From positions 16,973 through 80,972 of the forward strand of contig JBGSYF010000030.1 in NCBI GenBank assembly GCA_041751015.1: a stretch of 64,000 bases of DNA, in the 5' to 3' direction. Below, one piece after another: positions 41,995 through 51,345 of this stretch. Position numbers and translations under genes: made by a program. Under the pieces are notes generated by a model. It saw nothing but the letters and a program-made list of their open reading frames with translations, did not search any database and was not told the DNA's origin. The stretch's first letter is position 1. Every line of letters starts with the position of its first letter. This stretch comes from Chitinophagales bacterium. GTDB taxonomy: Bacteria > Bacteroidota > Bacteroidia > Chitinophagales > BACL12.

Positions 41995-43121
41995 AAGGCT
42001 TTCTCTTTACGGGTCGAAAGGTGGAGGAGCAGGCTAAAGTTGCCGGGTTTAGGCAAGTTCACTCTTCAAAGCTGGATAGCAAGAATATTGAATTTACGCA
42101 TATTTTAAGGCATACCCTTGTTTGCATAACATTTCTAATGGTATGGTTGTGTTCCTTCGTTTCATTGAACGCTCAGGACATCCACTCTTCACAGGAGTTT
42201 GCTATTGCACCGGTCTATCACCCGGCCAGCACCGGGCGCTTTGACGGGTTCTACCGCTTAGGTGCGGCCTATCGCGATCAATGGCGTACCATTCCGGCGA
42301 ACTTTCAGACGTTTTCGTTCTTCGGGGACATGAGTTTCCCGACCTCTAAAAAGCGCAACCCCAGCGGGCATTTTGGCCTCGGTGTTCTGCTGACGGCAGA
42401 TCAGGCTGGTGACGGCAATCTGAGCACCACCGAAATCGGTCTTCAAAGCGCCTATCATCAGCAACTTTCACGGGGTGGAAATGTCCTGCTCAGCGCGGGT
42501 GCGGGTCTCAGCCTGGGCAACAAGAGCGTTGAAGCGGGCCGTCTGATCTTCAACAACCAATGGACGGAAAGCGGCTTTGATCCCCTGTTGAGCAACGGGG
42601 AGAATTTTGCCTCCTTGAGTACCCGCTATCTGGATGTTCAGGCCGGTTTGGGTTTGTTTGTGCGAACCAGTCTGCACAATTATGTATTTATGGATGCTTC
42701 TCTGCACCATATCAACCGGGCACAGATCAGCTTCTTCAACGCCGATCAGGCTCTGGATTTCAGGCCCATCGCCAGCCTGGGGGGCCGGTTTGGATTGAGA
42801 GGAAGCACGGCAATTCTTCCACGAATTCAATTCAGTACCGAGCAGAATGCCCGCCAGATCACCGCCGGTGCCAATCTGAGCTGGGGGCTGGACTATCAGG
42901 TAGACGGCAATCAGATAATCGGGGGACTGTGGTATCGCTATGGAGATGCAGTGGTACTCAATGCCGGTGCCCGTCTGAACGATATGCAATTCATCATCAG
43001 TTACGATCTGAACGCATCGAGTCTAAGCCCGGCCAGTAGGGGCTATGGGGCCGTTGAGTTAAGCCTGATCTATGTGGGCAAACGCAAAGACCGCAGCCTG
43101 CAGTGCCCGGTGAATTTCTGA
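41991..43121 (+). CDS. PorP/SprF-family T9SS outer-membrane protein
   Basis: AQDIHSSQ..PASTG..YRDQW, HINR, GLWYR, SYD; ATGA overlap with its type-B cargo. Confidence 0.9.
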   Translation: MKGFLFTGRKVEEQAKVAGFRQVHSSKLDSKNIEFTHILRHTLVCITFLMVWLCSFVSLNAQDIHSSQEFAIAPVYHPASTGRFDGFYRLGAAYRDQWRTIPANFQTFSFFGDMSFPTSKKRNPSGHFGLGVLLTADQAGDGNLSTTEIGLQSAYHQQLSRGGNVLLSAGAGLSLGNKSVEAGRLIFNNQWTESGFDPLLSNGENFASLSTRYLDVQAGLGLFVRTSLHNYVFMDASLHHINRAQISFFNADQALDFRPIASLGGRFGLRGSTAILPRIQFSTEQNARQITAGANLSWGLDYQVDGNQIIGGLWYRYGDAVVLNAGARLNDMQFIISYDLNASSLSPASRGYGAVELSLIYVGKRKDRSLQCPVNF

Positions 43122-43148
43122 AAGGCGAGATCGCCCGCACAAGGATCA

Positions 43149-43595
43149 CTATATCTTTAACAAATACTCTTCCCTGCTCACAGACTGCTCTCTCGATCGA
43201 TAGGCCGTTTGGACAGTTTTCTGCAGGGCCAGCTTTAGCTTATTGAAATCAGCGGGTTTTGTTATGTAAACATTTGCTCCGTTGCGGAAGGTATCTTCCT
43301 GGTCCCTTTCGTTGTCTGATGTGGAGTAGATGGCTATAAACACGTCCTTAATCTTATCACAACTTCTAATCTCTTTAAGGCACTCCAAACCGCTTTTGAG
43401 TGGCATGTTGAGATCAAGAAAGAGAAGCTGAGGCAAACAAACAGCATTCAACCTGAGCCATTCCATCAATTGAACACCATTTTTCACGGTGTCAACCACC
43501 GTGTTTAAGTTTAACTCCGTTAAGGCTTCTTTGAAGAGAAGGCGGTCAGCCTCATCATCATCGGCCAGAAGGATGCGCAGCGGATTGGTTTCCAA
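43149..43595 (-). CDS. Single-domain response regulator (receiver)
   Basis: ILLADDD, FLDLNMP, YSTS, YITKP; TTG start. Confidence 0.9.
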   Translation of the reverse strand: METNPLRILLADDDEADRLLFKEALTELNLNTVVDTVKNGVQLMEWLRLNAVCLPQLLFLDLNMPLKSGLECLKEIRSCDKIKDVFIAIYSTSDNERDQEDTFRNGANVYITKPADFNKLKLALQKTVQTAYRSREQSVSREEYLLKI

Positions 43596-43607
43596 AGTAT
43601 ACCATGT

Positions 43608-46600
43608 TTAGTGGGAAGTAGGAATATAGATATCGAATATAGCTCCTTTGTTTAGTTCACCCTTAGCGGTGATGATCCCGTTGTGATTGTCCACTATCTT
43701 CTTTACAATGGCAAGACCGATGCCTGTGCCAGAAAACTCTTCTTTGCTGTGCAGTTTCTGAAAAACTTCAAATATTTTTTCGTTGAACTCATTTTCAAAA
43801 CCGATGCCATTGTCTTTAATGCTGATATGATAATATTCCCTCTGAGGCGGAAGGTTTGGCATCTTAAGCTTGTTGTACTTCACGAGCTTGCTGGTAATGC
43901 TGATCTGCGGTGGCACACCTTTCCTTGAAAATTTGAGGGCGTTTCCGATGAGATTGTGAATGAGCTGGCGGAATTGAAAGGGAATGACGTTTACTTCGCA
44001 GCTTTCCTTCACAATAATGGTGGCGCGCTTATGCACAATGATATCAGCAAACTCAAATTTGACCTCCTCCACAATCGTACTGAGTTTGAGCACCTCAAAT
44101 TTTCGCTCCGAAGCGCTGAGACGTGAGAAAGCCAGCAGGTCGTGTATCAATTGCTGCATGCGCTCTGCAGCACTTTGTATGAGACGGAAATAGTTTTTTC
44201 CTTTGTCGGATAAGTTTATATCCTCTTTCTCTAACAAGAGGATGGCAAAGGTCTGTATTTTGCGCAAGGGCTCCTGCAAATCGTGACTGGAAACATAATT
44301 GAACGCCTCTAATTCCTTGTTGAGATTCTGAAGGGATACATTCCTTTCTTCGAGTGAATCATTGGCCTGCTTGAGCTGCTGAGTTCTCTCTTCAACAGCC
44401 TTTTCCAATCTAACCTTTTCCTCCTTGCGCTTGATGATCTCCTGATTCAGTATCACCTTCTCTCTGAGCTCCTTTTCCACAATCAACTTTCTAACCTCGG
44501 TGATATCAGAGATGATCAGCAGAATCAAGTGCTCGCGATGGGTCTTTTGAATGATGCGGCTGGCGTTGAGCGACATTACTTTCTCCCCCAGGTTCAAAAA
44601 GGTGTGATTCACTTCATAATTGTAAAATTGAGAATTCCTGGGGATGATGTCTTCCAGTAACTCGCGAAGAGCAGGAATGTTCCATTGTTTGTTCCCCAGG
44701 TTGTACAAAAGCTCGCCTTCTGTCTGCTCTTCGGTAACCCCAAACTTCTTGTAAAATGCCTTATTGGCTGATTTGACCCTAAGATCACTTCCCAAAACAA
44801 TCATGGGATCATGCATAGTGTTCACAATGGCCTCTGAATACTCGTAGGATTCATTGAGCAACTCATTGCGCGTCTGCAATTCCTGGTTGGTGGTGGTCAG
44901 TTCTTCATTGGCAGATTCTATCTCTTCTTTAGAGGTCTCCAGTTCTTCATTGACCGTCTTTAGTTCTTCGTTGGTCGAGACCACTTCCTCATTGGCGCTT
45001 TGCAACTCTTCGGTAAAGGCTTCCTGCTCGTACGACATGGCGAGGGAATCCGCCTGGGCAGAGGCTAGTTCCTGCTCCAATTTCTTGATTCTCCTGTCTT
45101 TGGCCAGGGAAGTGCTCTTTCTGCCATTGGATTGCTCGGCATAAATCTCTGCCTGCTCCTGTTCGGAAAAGAGAATCAAGAGCAAGGGTTCGTCTCCCTC
45201 TATATGCAGCGGAACGATCTCTACGCTGACAATTTTAACTGTTGAGTTTATTTTTACTTCAATTCCCCCCTTTTTAAAGCGCTCTTTGGTCCTTATCACC
45301 TTTGAAATGGCATTGCGCAATTCAAAAGCAATCTCCGGGCGAGCCATCTTTAAGATGTTAAAAGTGGCCCTTCCTTTGGGGTGGGTTAGGTACAATTCAG
45401 TCGTGCCTCGAAACTGCACTATCTCCATCTGGTGATTGATGACAACGCTTGCTGGCATAAACTCTGCCACAAGCAATGCATCAATAGCATTGTCCAGTCC
45501 GTGGTTATTGACGGTAATTTTTCTCTGTGTCTTGCTCTTGCTATCCAGTGCGTTGTTTTGATTAGATGGTGTTTGCTGCGCAAAGGGCGGTGTTAGTTCA
45601 GGAAGTCGATGAGAGCCGGAATTAGGTTTGCGCAAAAATATTTTATACTTTTTATTGTGCTCTGAGAAAAGATTGGTCGATTGTGAGATACTCTCTGACT
45701 TTCCCAACATCAAAAAGCCTTCAGGGTTCAAAGCATAATGAAATGTAGTGATGACTTTCTTCTGAGCAGCAGTTTCAAAGTAAATCAGCAGGTTGCAACA
45801 ACTGATAAAATCCAAACGCGAAAATGGCGGGTCGCGCAGAACATTATGTGGAGCAAAAACACATATATCTCTCAAAGACTTGTTGACGCGATAGTTACCA
45901 TCCGCCTTGGTAAAGAATCGCTGTATCCGCTTTGGAGATACGGTTTCCAATTCCTGCTTGGAATAGACGCCAATACGGGCTTTGGAGATAGCATTACCGC
46001 TCAGGTCAGTAGCAAAGATCTGAATAGGTATATTGGTCCCCTGACTGGACTGAATCTCTATCAGCATCATGGCAATTGAATAGGCTTCCTCTCCAGTTGC
46101 ACAGGCGGGAACCCATATCCGCAAGGACTCTCCTGACTTCTTCCCTTTCAGAAGTTTGGGGAAGAGATTCTCCTTTAAATACTTATGGGTGTCGGTAACT
46201 CTGAAAAAGCTGGTAACACTTATTAATAAATCTTGATATAAAATATCTATTTCTTCGTGCTTTTGTGTTAGCAGTTTAGCATATTCATTGAGCGTAGTTA
46301 GTTTATACAGCAGCATTCTGCGAATGATCCGCCTCTTAATGGTGTTCATCTTATAGGTGCTGAAATCAACACCTGTGGCTTTGTGCAATTGATTGAGAAT
46401 AACCTTTAAATCGGGATTGCTGTTGTCAATCAAATCCTCCTTGCCGGACTTTACAGGAGCTGCTTTTACAAATGGATGTTTACTCAGACGCTCTAATTCA
46501 TGGGCAATTTGCATTGGCGATAAAACAAAGTCGACAGCCCCTGCAGCAACCGCAGAGTTGGGCATACTTGTAAACTTGGCACTGTCGTCCTGTGCAAAAG

Positions 46601-47075
46601 TCAGTCCGCCCTCGTGCTTTATCGCCTTTATTCCAATTGTGCCATCAGTCGCGCTACCAGATAGGATTATTCCTATAACTCTTTCCCCATGCGCATTTGC
46701 CAGTGATGAGAAAAGCACATCAATGGAGATTGCCGTGCTGCTATCTGAACGCGGAATCAACTTGATCTTCCCATCTGAAACTTCAATTCCTTTGTTGTAA
46801 GGAATTACAAAAACATTATTGGGCTCAATGGTGTCCATGTTGTCGATCTCCTGAACCTTCATGCGTGTCCTCTTAGACAGAATTTCCGACAACATGCTTT
46901 TGTGGTCAGGACTGAGATGCTGCACATAGATAAACGCCATGCCCGTATCGGGTGGAAGATTATTCAACAGCTCTATCATAGCTTCCAACCCACCTGCCGA
47001 AGCACCAATGGCAACAATCGGAAAAGAATTTTCCTTTTTAGCTGGAGCCCTTTTTCTGGTTGAACTTGTACTCAA
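43608..47075 (-). CDS. CheB methylesterase / CheR methyltransferase / PAS / histidine kinase fusion
   Basis: AIGASAGG, VQHL, LSGSATDG (CheB S/H/D); ACATGEEAYS, FATD, DPPFSRLD (CheR); EEL coiled coil; PAS; SHDLQEPLR, NALKF, DNGIG, GTGIGL. Confidence 0.93.
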   Translation of the reverse strand: MSTSSTRKRAPAKKENSFPIVAIGASAGGLEAMIELLNNLPPDTGMAFIYVQHLSPDHKSMLSEILSKRTRMKVQEIDNMDTIEPNNVFVIPYNKGIEVSDGKIKLIPRSDSSTAISIDVLFSSLANAHGERVIGIILSGSATDGTIGIKAIKHEGGLTFAQDDSAKFTSMPNSAVAAGAVDFVLSPMQIAHELERLSKHPFVKAAPVKSGKEDLIDNSNPDLKVILNQLHKATGVDFSTYKMNTIKRRIIRRMLLYKLTTLNEYAKLLTQKHEEIDILYQDLLISVTSFFRVTDTHKYLKENLFPKLLKGKKSGESLRIWVPACATGEEAYSIAMMLIEIQSSQGTNIPIQIFATDLSGNAISKARIGVYSKQELETVSPKRIQRFFTKADGNYRVNKSLRDICVFAPHNVLRDPPFSRLDFISCCNLLIYFETAAQKKVITTFHYALNPEGFLMLGKSESISQSTNLFSEHNKKYKIFLRKPNSGSHRLPELTPPFAQQTPSNQNNALDSKSKTQRKITVNNHGLDNAIDALLVAEFMPASVVINHQMEIVQFRGTTELYLTHPKGRATFNILKMARPEIAFELRNAISKVIRTKERFKKGGIEVKINSTVKIVSVEIVPLHIEGDEPLLLILFSEQEQAEIYAEQSNGRKSTSLAKDRRIKKLEQELASAQADSLAMSYEQEAFTEELQSANEEVVSTNEELKTVNEELETSKEEIESANEELTTTNQELQTRNELLNESYEYSEAIVNTMHDPMIVLGSDLRVKSANKAFYKKFGVTEEQTEGELLYNLGNKQWNIPALRELLEDIIPRNSQFYNYEVNHTFLNLGEKVMSLNASRIIQKTHREHLILLIISDITEVRKLIVEKELREKVILNQEIIKRKEEKVRLEKAVEERTQQLKQANDSLEERNVSLQNLNKELEAFNYVSSHDLQEPLRKIQTFAILLLEKEDINLSDKGKNYFRLIQSAAERMQQLIHDLLAFSRLSASERKFEVLKLSTIVEEVKFEFADIIVHKRATIIVKESCEVNVIPFQFRQLIHNLIGNALKFSRKGVPPQISITSKLVKYNKLKMPNLPPQREYYHISIKDNGIGFENEFNEKIFEVFQKLHSKEEFSGTGIGLAIVKKIVDNHNGIITAKGELNKGAIFDIYIPTSH

Positions 47076-47545
47076 TGCTTTTCGGGAATTACAATTGATT
47101 CGCCGGTGATCCTGAAGTTCTCTTCCCTTGGGAAAGTTTTGTCCTTCTGCAAAATCAGTGTAAGTGCTTCATAAATCACTTTTTTAAGTTGTGTAAACTT
47201 CGCTGGCTTGCAGATGTAATAGTGCGCTGCATCTCTAAAAACCAATTTGTCCGTTTCAAGACTTGAGGCGGTGGAGAAAATGATGACTGGAAGTTTCTGC
47301 AAGTTGTCGCTGAGTTTAATGTCTCTCAGAGAGGCGAAACCGTTCTTTCTCGGCATGTTCAGGTCAAGGAAAAGCACATCTGGAAGCTTGCTTTCCTCTT
47401 GAGTAAGCTTCTCCAAAAGCTGTTCGCCATTACTGACGACGGTGAGTGAGGCAGTTATCGGCAACTCATCTAAAGCCTCTTTGAAAAGAAGACAATCGTC
47501 CTGGTCGTCGTCGGCAAGAAGTATATTGATATTCTGTGAAAACAT
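47072..47545 (-). CDS. Single-domain response regulator (receiver)
   Basis: ILLADDD, FLDLNMP, FST, YICKP; ATGA overlap with the CheB/CheR gene. Confidence 0.9.
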   Translation of the reverse strand: MFSQNINILLADDDQDDCLLFKEALDELPITASLTVVSNGEQLLEKLTQEESKLPDVLFLDLNMPRKNGFASLRDIKLSDNLQKLPVIIFSTASSLETDKLVFRDAAHYYICKPAKFTQLKKVIYEALTLILQKDKTFPREENFRITGESIVIPEKH

Positions 47546-47549
47546 GATG

Positions 47550-47557
47550 CAAAGTTA
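47550..47557 (-). promoter_or_regulatory. -7 promoter element 4 nt before the receiver ATG
   Basis: TAACTTTG-CATC-ATG on the minus strand. Confidence 0.7.
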
Positions 47558-48094
47558 TGAAGTTAGAAAGCAAATGGATTTAATGGAGGAGCTGTGATTC
47601 AATGTCATCAGGCAAGAAATGAATAAAGTTATATTTTTTATTTAACAAGTACATGTCTTGCACAGATATACCCTGAAAATGACCTATATGGTCTTTAGGT
47701 GTATCCAATCTGATCAACTTAGTTATCGGCTTGCTACCTATGTTTTTCTCAGTATAAATTGTTGAAAGTCTGACAATTGAGAGGATAGTTTGCATAAATT
47801 AATGACATACTCATTGTAAATCTTATAGGTGCGAGCTTTCTGACTATCGATATACGGTGATACAAAGACAAACCTTCTTCCGCTACTAAAACAAAAATAC
47901 AACCCCGCTGAAGCGGCTAAAATCAACAAAATCAGGCTTTTATGGCTTTAAAGCTGTGTAACAAAATGTCTGTTACCCAGCTATGTCCGTTTTGTAAGTG
48001 CTTTGATGCGGTCACGTGAAGTTAAGTCTTTCGGGCGAATCAAAATCTGCCTCTGGCTAATTTAGTGCTTTCGCCTCAGACCTTGAAATTAAAT

Positions 48095-48298
48095 TCAGGG
48101 AACCCACACCCGCTGCACGATGCGACCCCTTTCGCTGGAGTACTGGACGAAATTCATGCCAGTCGTCCATCCTGTAGTTGAAATCTTCAGCCGGGTGTCG
48201 GTCAGGGGTCCTTCGACCCGCACTCGCCCATCTACGCTCATGACAACAAGTCGGGCCTCAAAACTGAGCATAGCCGGATCAGAGAGGGTCAGCGTCAA
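48095..48298 (-). pseudogene. Orphan T9SS type-A CTD fragment
   Basis: LVVMSVDGRV...ISTTGWTTGMNFVQ...RIVQRVWV resembles the CTDs in this window but lacks YPNP, a signal peptide and a passenger domain. Confidence 0.55.
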
Positions 48299-48304
48299 TC
48301 ATCA

Positions 48305-48979
48305 TCAGGGTATGATCCTTCCATCTTCCATGCGAATAATGCGGTCGGTCTTGCGGGCAAAGTCATCATCATGCGTAACAATGAGCAGGGAAAGGTCGCG
48401 CTCCTTGCCGAGTTGCCTGAAGATATTGAAAACATTGTCGGCGTTTTGGCTGTCCAGATTGCCTGTGGGCTCATCACCCATGATGATCATCGGGTTGTTG
48501 ATCAGGGCTCTGGCTATGGCGACGCGTTGCTTCTGGCCTCCGGAAATTCGGCTGGCGAGTTTATACGCCTGATCGGCTATGTCCAAAAGGCGGAGCTTTT
48601 CCATGGCATCTTCGCGAATCTCAGCAGTGCTTTTCAAACCGAGTTTCTGAGCCGGTAGCATCACATTTTCCAATATGGTAAATTCAGGAAGCAGGTAGTG
48701 GAACTGAAAAACAAATCCAATATGTTCATTTCGCACTTTTGCCAGTTCTGCGGGAGACTGGCCGGTAAGCTTTTTGCCTTCAAGAAAGAGATGGCCGGAG
48801 TAGTCCCTGTCCATGGTGGAGAGAATATAGAGCAAGGTTGATTTGCCACATCCCGACTTGCCCATAATAGTCACGAACTCCCCCTTCTCTACCTGGAAAT
48901 TGATGTCCTTTAGTACGTCAAAGTTCACCGGATCGGTGAAGGTTTTACTGATGTTTCTGGCTTGAAGTACAGGCTCCAT
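48305..48979 (-). CDS. ABC transporter ATP-binding protein (LolD/MacB-type)
   Basis: GKSGCGKST, FVFQFHYLL, ISGGQKQRV, DEPTGNLD, VTHD; start at ATG 48979. Confidence 0.95.
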   Translation of the reverse strand: MEPVLQARNISKTFTDPVNFDVLKDINFQVEKGEFVTIMGKSGCGKSTLLYILSTMDRDYSGHLFLEGKKLTGQSPAELAKVRNEHIGFVFQFHYLLPEFTILENVMLPAQKLGLKSTAEIREDAMEKLRLLDIADQAYKLASRISGGQKQRVAIARALINNPMIIMGDEPTGNLDSQNADNVFNIFRQLGKERDLSLLIVTHDDDFARKTDRIIRMEDGRIIP

Positions 48980-48980
48980 G

Positions 48981-50240
48981 TTATTGCCCGCGCAGGATTT
49001 CAACGGGATCAATCTTCTCTGCACGCAATGCAGGCAGGTATCCGGCCAGGAAGGTTGAAACCATGGCAAACACCATTCCAATGATATAATAAAGAGGATT
49101 GAAATTAACCGGAAAGGTCTTTATAGTTGGAAGGGCTTCTGTTTCAAATGGCGCATGGTCAATCATCACAGAAACAAAGTAGCCCCCCACTAAGCCGAGT
49201 ATTCCGCCCACCAGTCCAATGACCAATGCCTGAAAGATAAAAATCCACTTCACATCCCGGCCGGAAAATCCAGTTGCTTTTAGAATCGCAATATCATTCA
49301 TTTTCTCATAAATAACCATATTGAGTATGTTGTAGATACCAAATCCCGCAACCACAAGTAAGGTTATGGAGACGGCATAAGTAATCATATTGCGAATAGA
49401 AGTTCCGGTTTCAAACTGCGCATTCGCAGTCTTTATATCAATGGCACGGACATTGAACTGCTTCTGAAGGCGGGCAGCCATAGGAGCGGCAATATCAATA
49501 TCATAAAGTTTTATATTTATATCTGTGATATAATCCTTTGATTCTCCCAAAAAGCGCTGTGCGGAGTTAAGATTTACATAGCTCTGTTTATCGTCAATTT
49601 CAGCCAATCCACTTTGGTAGATGCCAACAATCTTCAACGGGAAGATACCACCACCGATGGTACTGACCTGTATCTTGTCGCCCACCTTAACGGACATTTT
49701 GGACGCAATGCCGGCACCGAGCAGAATGCCATTCTGATCATTCTTCAAAGCTATGGCGCTGCCTTCTACAATGTGATCGCTCATGTTGAACAAGCGCTCT
49801 TCGTCCAGCACATTGACTCCATAAACCACCCCGTTGAGCTCAATTGAACCGGAGATGTAAAATACCTGGGCCATCACCTGGGGAGTTACACCCATTACCT
49901 CTGGTTGTTCATTCAAATAATTTATAATTGGAAGTGCCATGTGCACTCTTTTCAGGCTTTGTTTGGGCTTGATGGAGTGTACTACATTCAATCCATTTTT
50001 ATATTCTTCTACCAAATCTACGGGTTGCTGCTCACTGGGTCTGATTTCGTTGAACAGATGAATATGTGGGGTGCGATTCAGGATCATTCCATCCAAAAGA
50101 CCATTGAGGCCGGTCATAAAACTGACCAATATGATAAAGGTGCCGATGCCAAAGGTTACCCCGAGCGCGGCAACGCTGCTTTGCTTCTTTCGCGCGAGCA
50201 AATGCTTTTGCGAGATTTGCAGAAGAATGGTCCAGTTCAA
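48981..50240 (-). CDS. ABC transporter permease (LolC/E-MacB type)
   Basis: 1+3 TM topology, large periplasmic domain, IAILKATG, YLPALRA..IDPVEILRG. Confidence 0.92.
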   Translation of the reverse strand: MNWTILLQISQKHLLARKKQSSVAALGVTFGIGTFIILVSFMTGLNGLLDGMILNRTPHIHLFNEIRPSEQQPVDLVEEYKNGLNVVHSIKPKQSLKRVHMALPIINYLNEQPEVMGVTPQVMAQVFYISGSIELNGVVYGVNVLDEERLFNMSDHIVEGSAIALKNDQNGILLGAGIASKMSVKVGDKIQVSTIGGGIFPLKIVGIYQSGLAEIDDKQSYVNLNSAQRFLGESKDYITDINIKLYDIDIAAPMAARLQKQFNVRAIDIKTANAQFETGTSIRNMITYAVSITLLVVAGFGIYNILNMVIYEKMNDIAILKATGFSGRDVKWIFIFQALVIGLVGGILGLVGGYFVSVMIDHAPFETEALPTIKTFPVNFNPLYYIIGMVFAMVSTFLAGYLPALRAEKIDPVEILRGQ

Positions 50241-50241
50241 G

Positions 50242-51345
50242 CTAGCGGGGTTTTGTTAGAACATCCGTCTCCTCCAGTCCCGACAAAATCTCCACTTTCT
50301 CCATGTTCCGGATTCCCGTGGTCACAAGCAGTGTGTCATTGTTGACGAGCACCCGGTTTCCATCCATCAGATAAACCAGTGGAATGGTCATGGCCTTTCC
50401 CTTCTCTGAGATGAGGATATTGGCCTCACCCGCCAGCCCGTAAAACAATTGCGGAGGTGCGCTTTCAAATCTGGCTTCTGCTCTAAAAGTCTGGGTGCGC
50501 TCGTCTTTCTTTGAATGCACCCTGCTCAGTCGCGCGACGAAAACAGTGTTGCCATAGGCATCCAGATTGACCAGGATCTTCTGCCCCTCGGCTACGCGCG
50601 TGATGTCCACTTCGTCAAGGCGAAGGTTGAGAAGAAAGCTATCATGGCTTCCGATGGTTGCCAGAGTGGTCTGGGGTGTCACCAGTTCTCCGGGCTCCAC
50701 AAAGACATCATAAACCATGCCTGCAAGCCTGCTGTGAACCGCAAACTCTCCGACATTGGACCGAGCCAGTTGGTAATTGTTTTCGGCCTGCTCCAATTGA
50801 GTTTTCAGATCAATCCGGGTGCGTTGCCATTGATTCTGCAGGCGGCTCAGGTTGCTCCGCGATGCCTTAAGGGCGAGTTCCCGCTGCTCCAAATCGCTTT
50901 GGGAACCAATTTTTTGGGCCCACAGGTTCTGCTGACGGACATAGTTCAGCGAATCGTTTCGAAGCACGGATTGCGCATTAGCGATCTGGGAATTCAGATC
51001 ATCCAGCGGGCTTTGATTGTCCTGAAGATTAGCCCGGGCCAATTGAAGGGCGGCGTAGGCGTTGTTCACATTCAGGGAGGGGTTCTCATTTCGAATGCGA
51101 AACAGGAGCTGCCCGGAGGCGACCGTATCGCCTTCTTCTGCGAACACCGCATCCAATAGGCCCGTGGCGTTGGCATAGGCCTGATAGAGAAACTCCGGCT
51201 CCACCAATACCGAAGCGTAAACAGATTCGGTCAACGGGCCAACAGAGGGAGTGATCGTTTCAGCCGCATCTCGGCAAGAGAGCATCAAGGTCATTGCAGT
51301 GCCGAGGCATACAGGGCACAACACCCTTCTAAAGTTCTTAAACAT
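50242..51345 (-). CDS. Periplasmic adaptor (membrane fusion) lipoprotein
   Basis: Lipobox LMLS-C, EEGDTVASGQLLF lipoyl half, long coiled hairpin, GELVTP; start at ATG 51345. Confidence 0.88.
   Translation of the reverse strand: MFKNFRRVLCPVCLGTAMTLMLSCRDAAETITPSVGPLTESVYASVLVEPEFLYQAYANATGLLDAVFAEEGDTVASGQLLFRIRNENPSLNVNNAYAALQLARANLQDNQSPLDDLNSQIANAQSVLRNDSLNYVRQQNLWAQKIGSQSDLEQRELALKASRSNLSRLQNQWQRTRIDLKTQLEQAENNYQLARSNVGEFAVHSRLAGMVYDVFVEPGELVTPQTTLATIGSHDSFLLNLRLDEVDITRVAEGQKILVNLDAYGNTVFVARLSRVHSKKDERTQTFRAEARFESAPPQLFYGLAGEANILISEKGKAMTIPLVYLMDGNRVLVNNDTLLVTTGIRNMEKVEILSGLEETDVLTKPR

Noticed and set aside
43593-43605. ATG at 43605 is out of frame by 1 nt with the receiver gene, suggesting a frameshift
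   Set aside because: The TTG at 43595 already gives a complete receiver domain; cannot be distinguished without reads
47580-47929. Two short minus-strand ORFs in the AT-rich spacer
   Set aside because: No motifs or start context; they lie in the upstream regulatory region of the receiver gene
48299-48307. Selenocysteine or readthrough at TGA codons (also checked the CxxC proteins for Sec)
   Set aside because: Three consecutive TGAs make readthrough implausible, and all redox motifs use ordinary Cys codons
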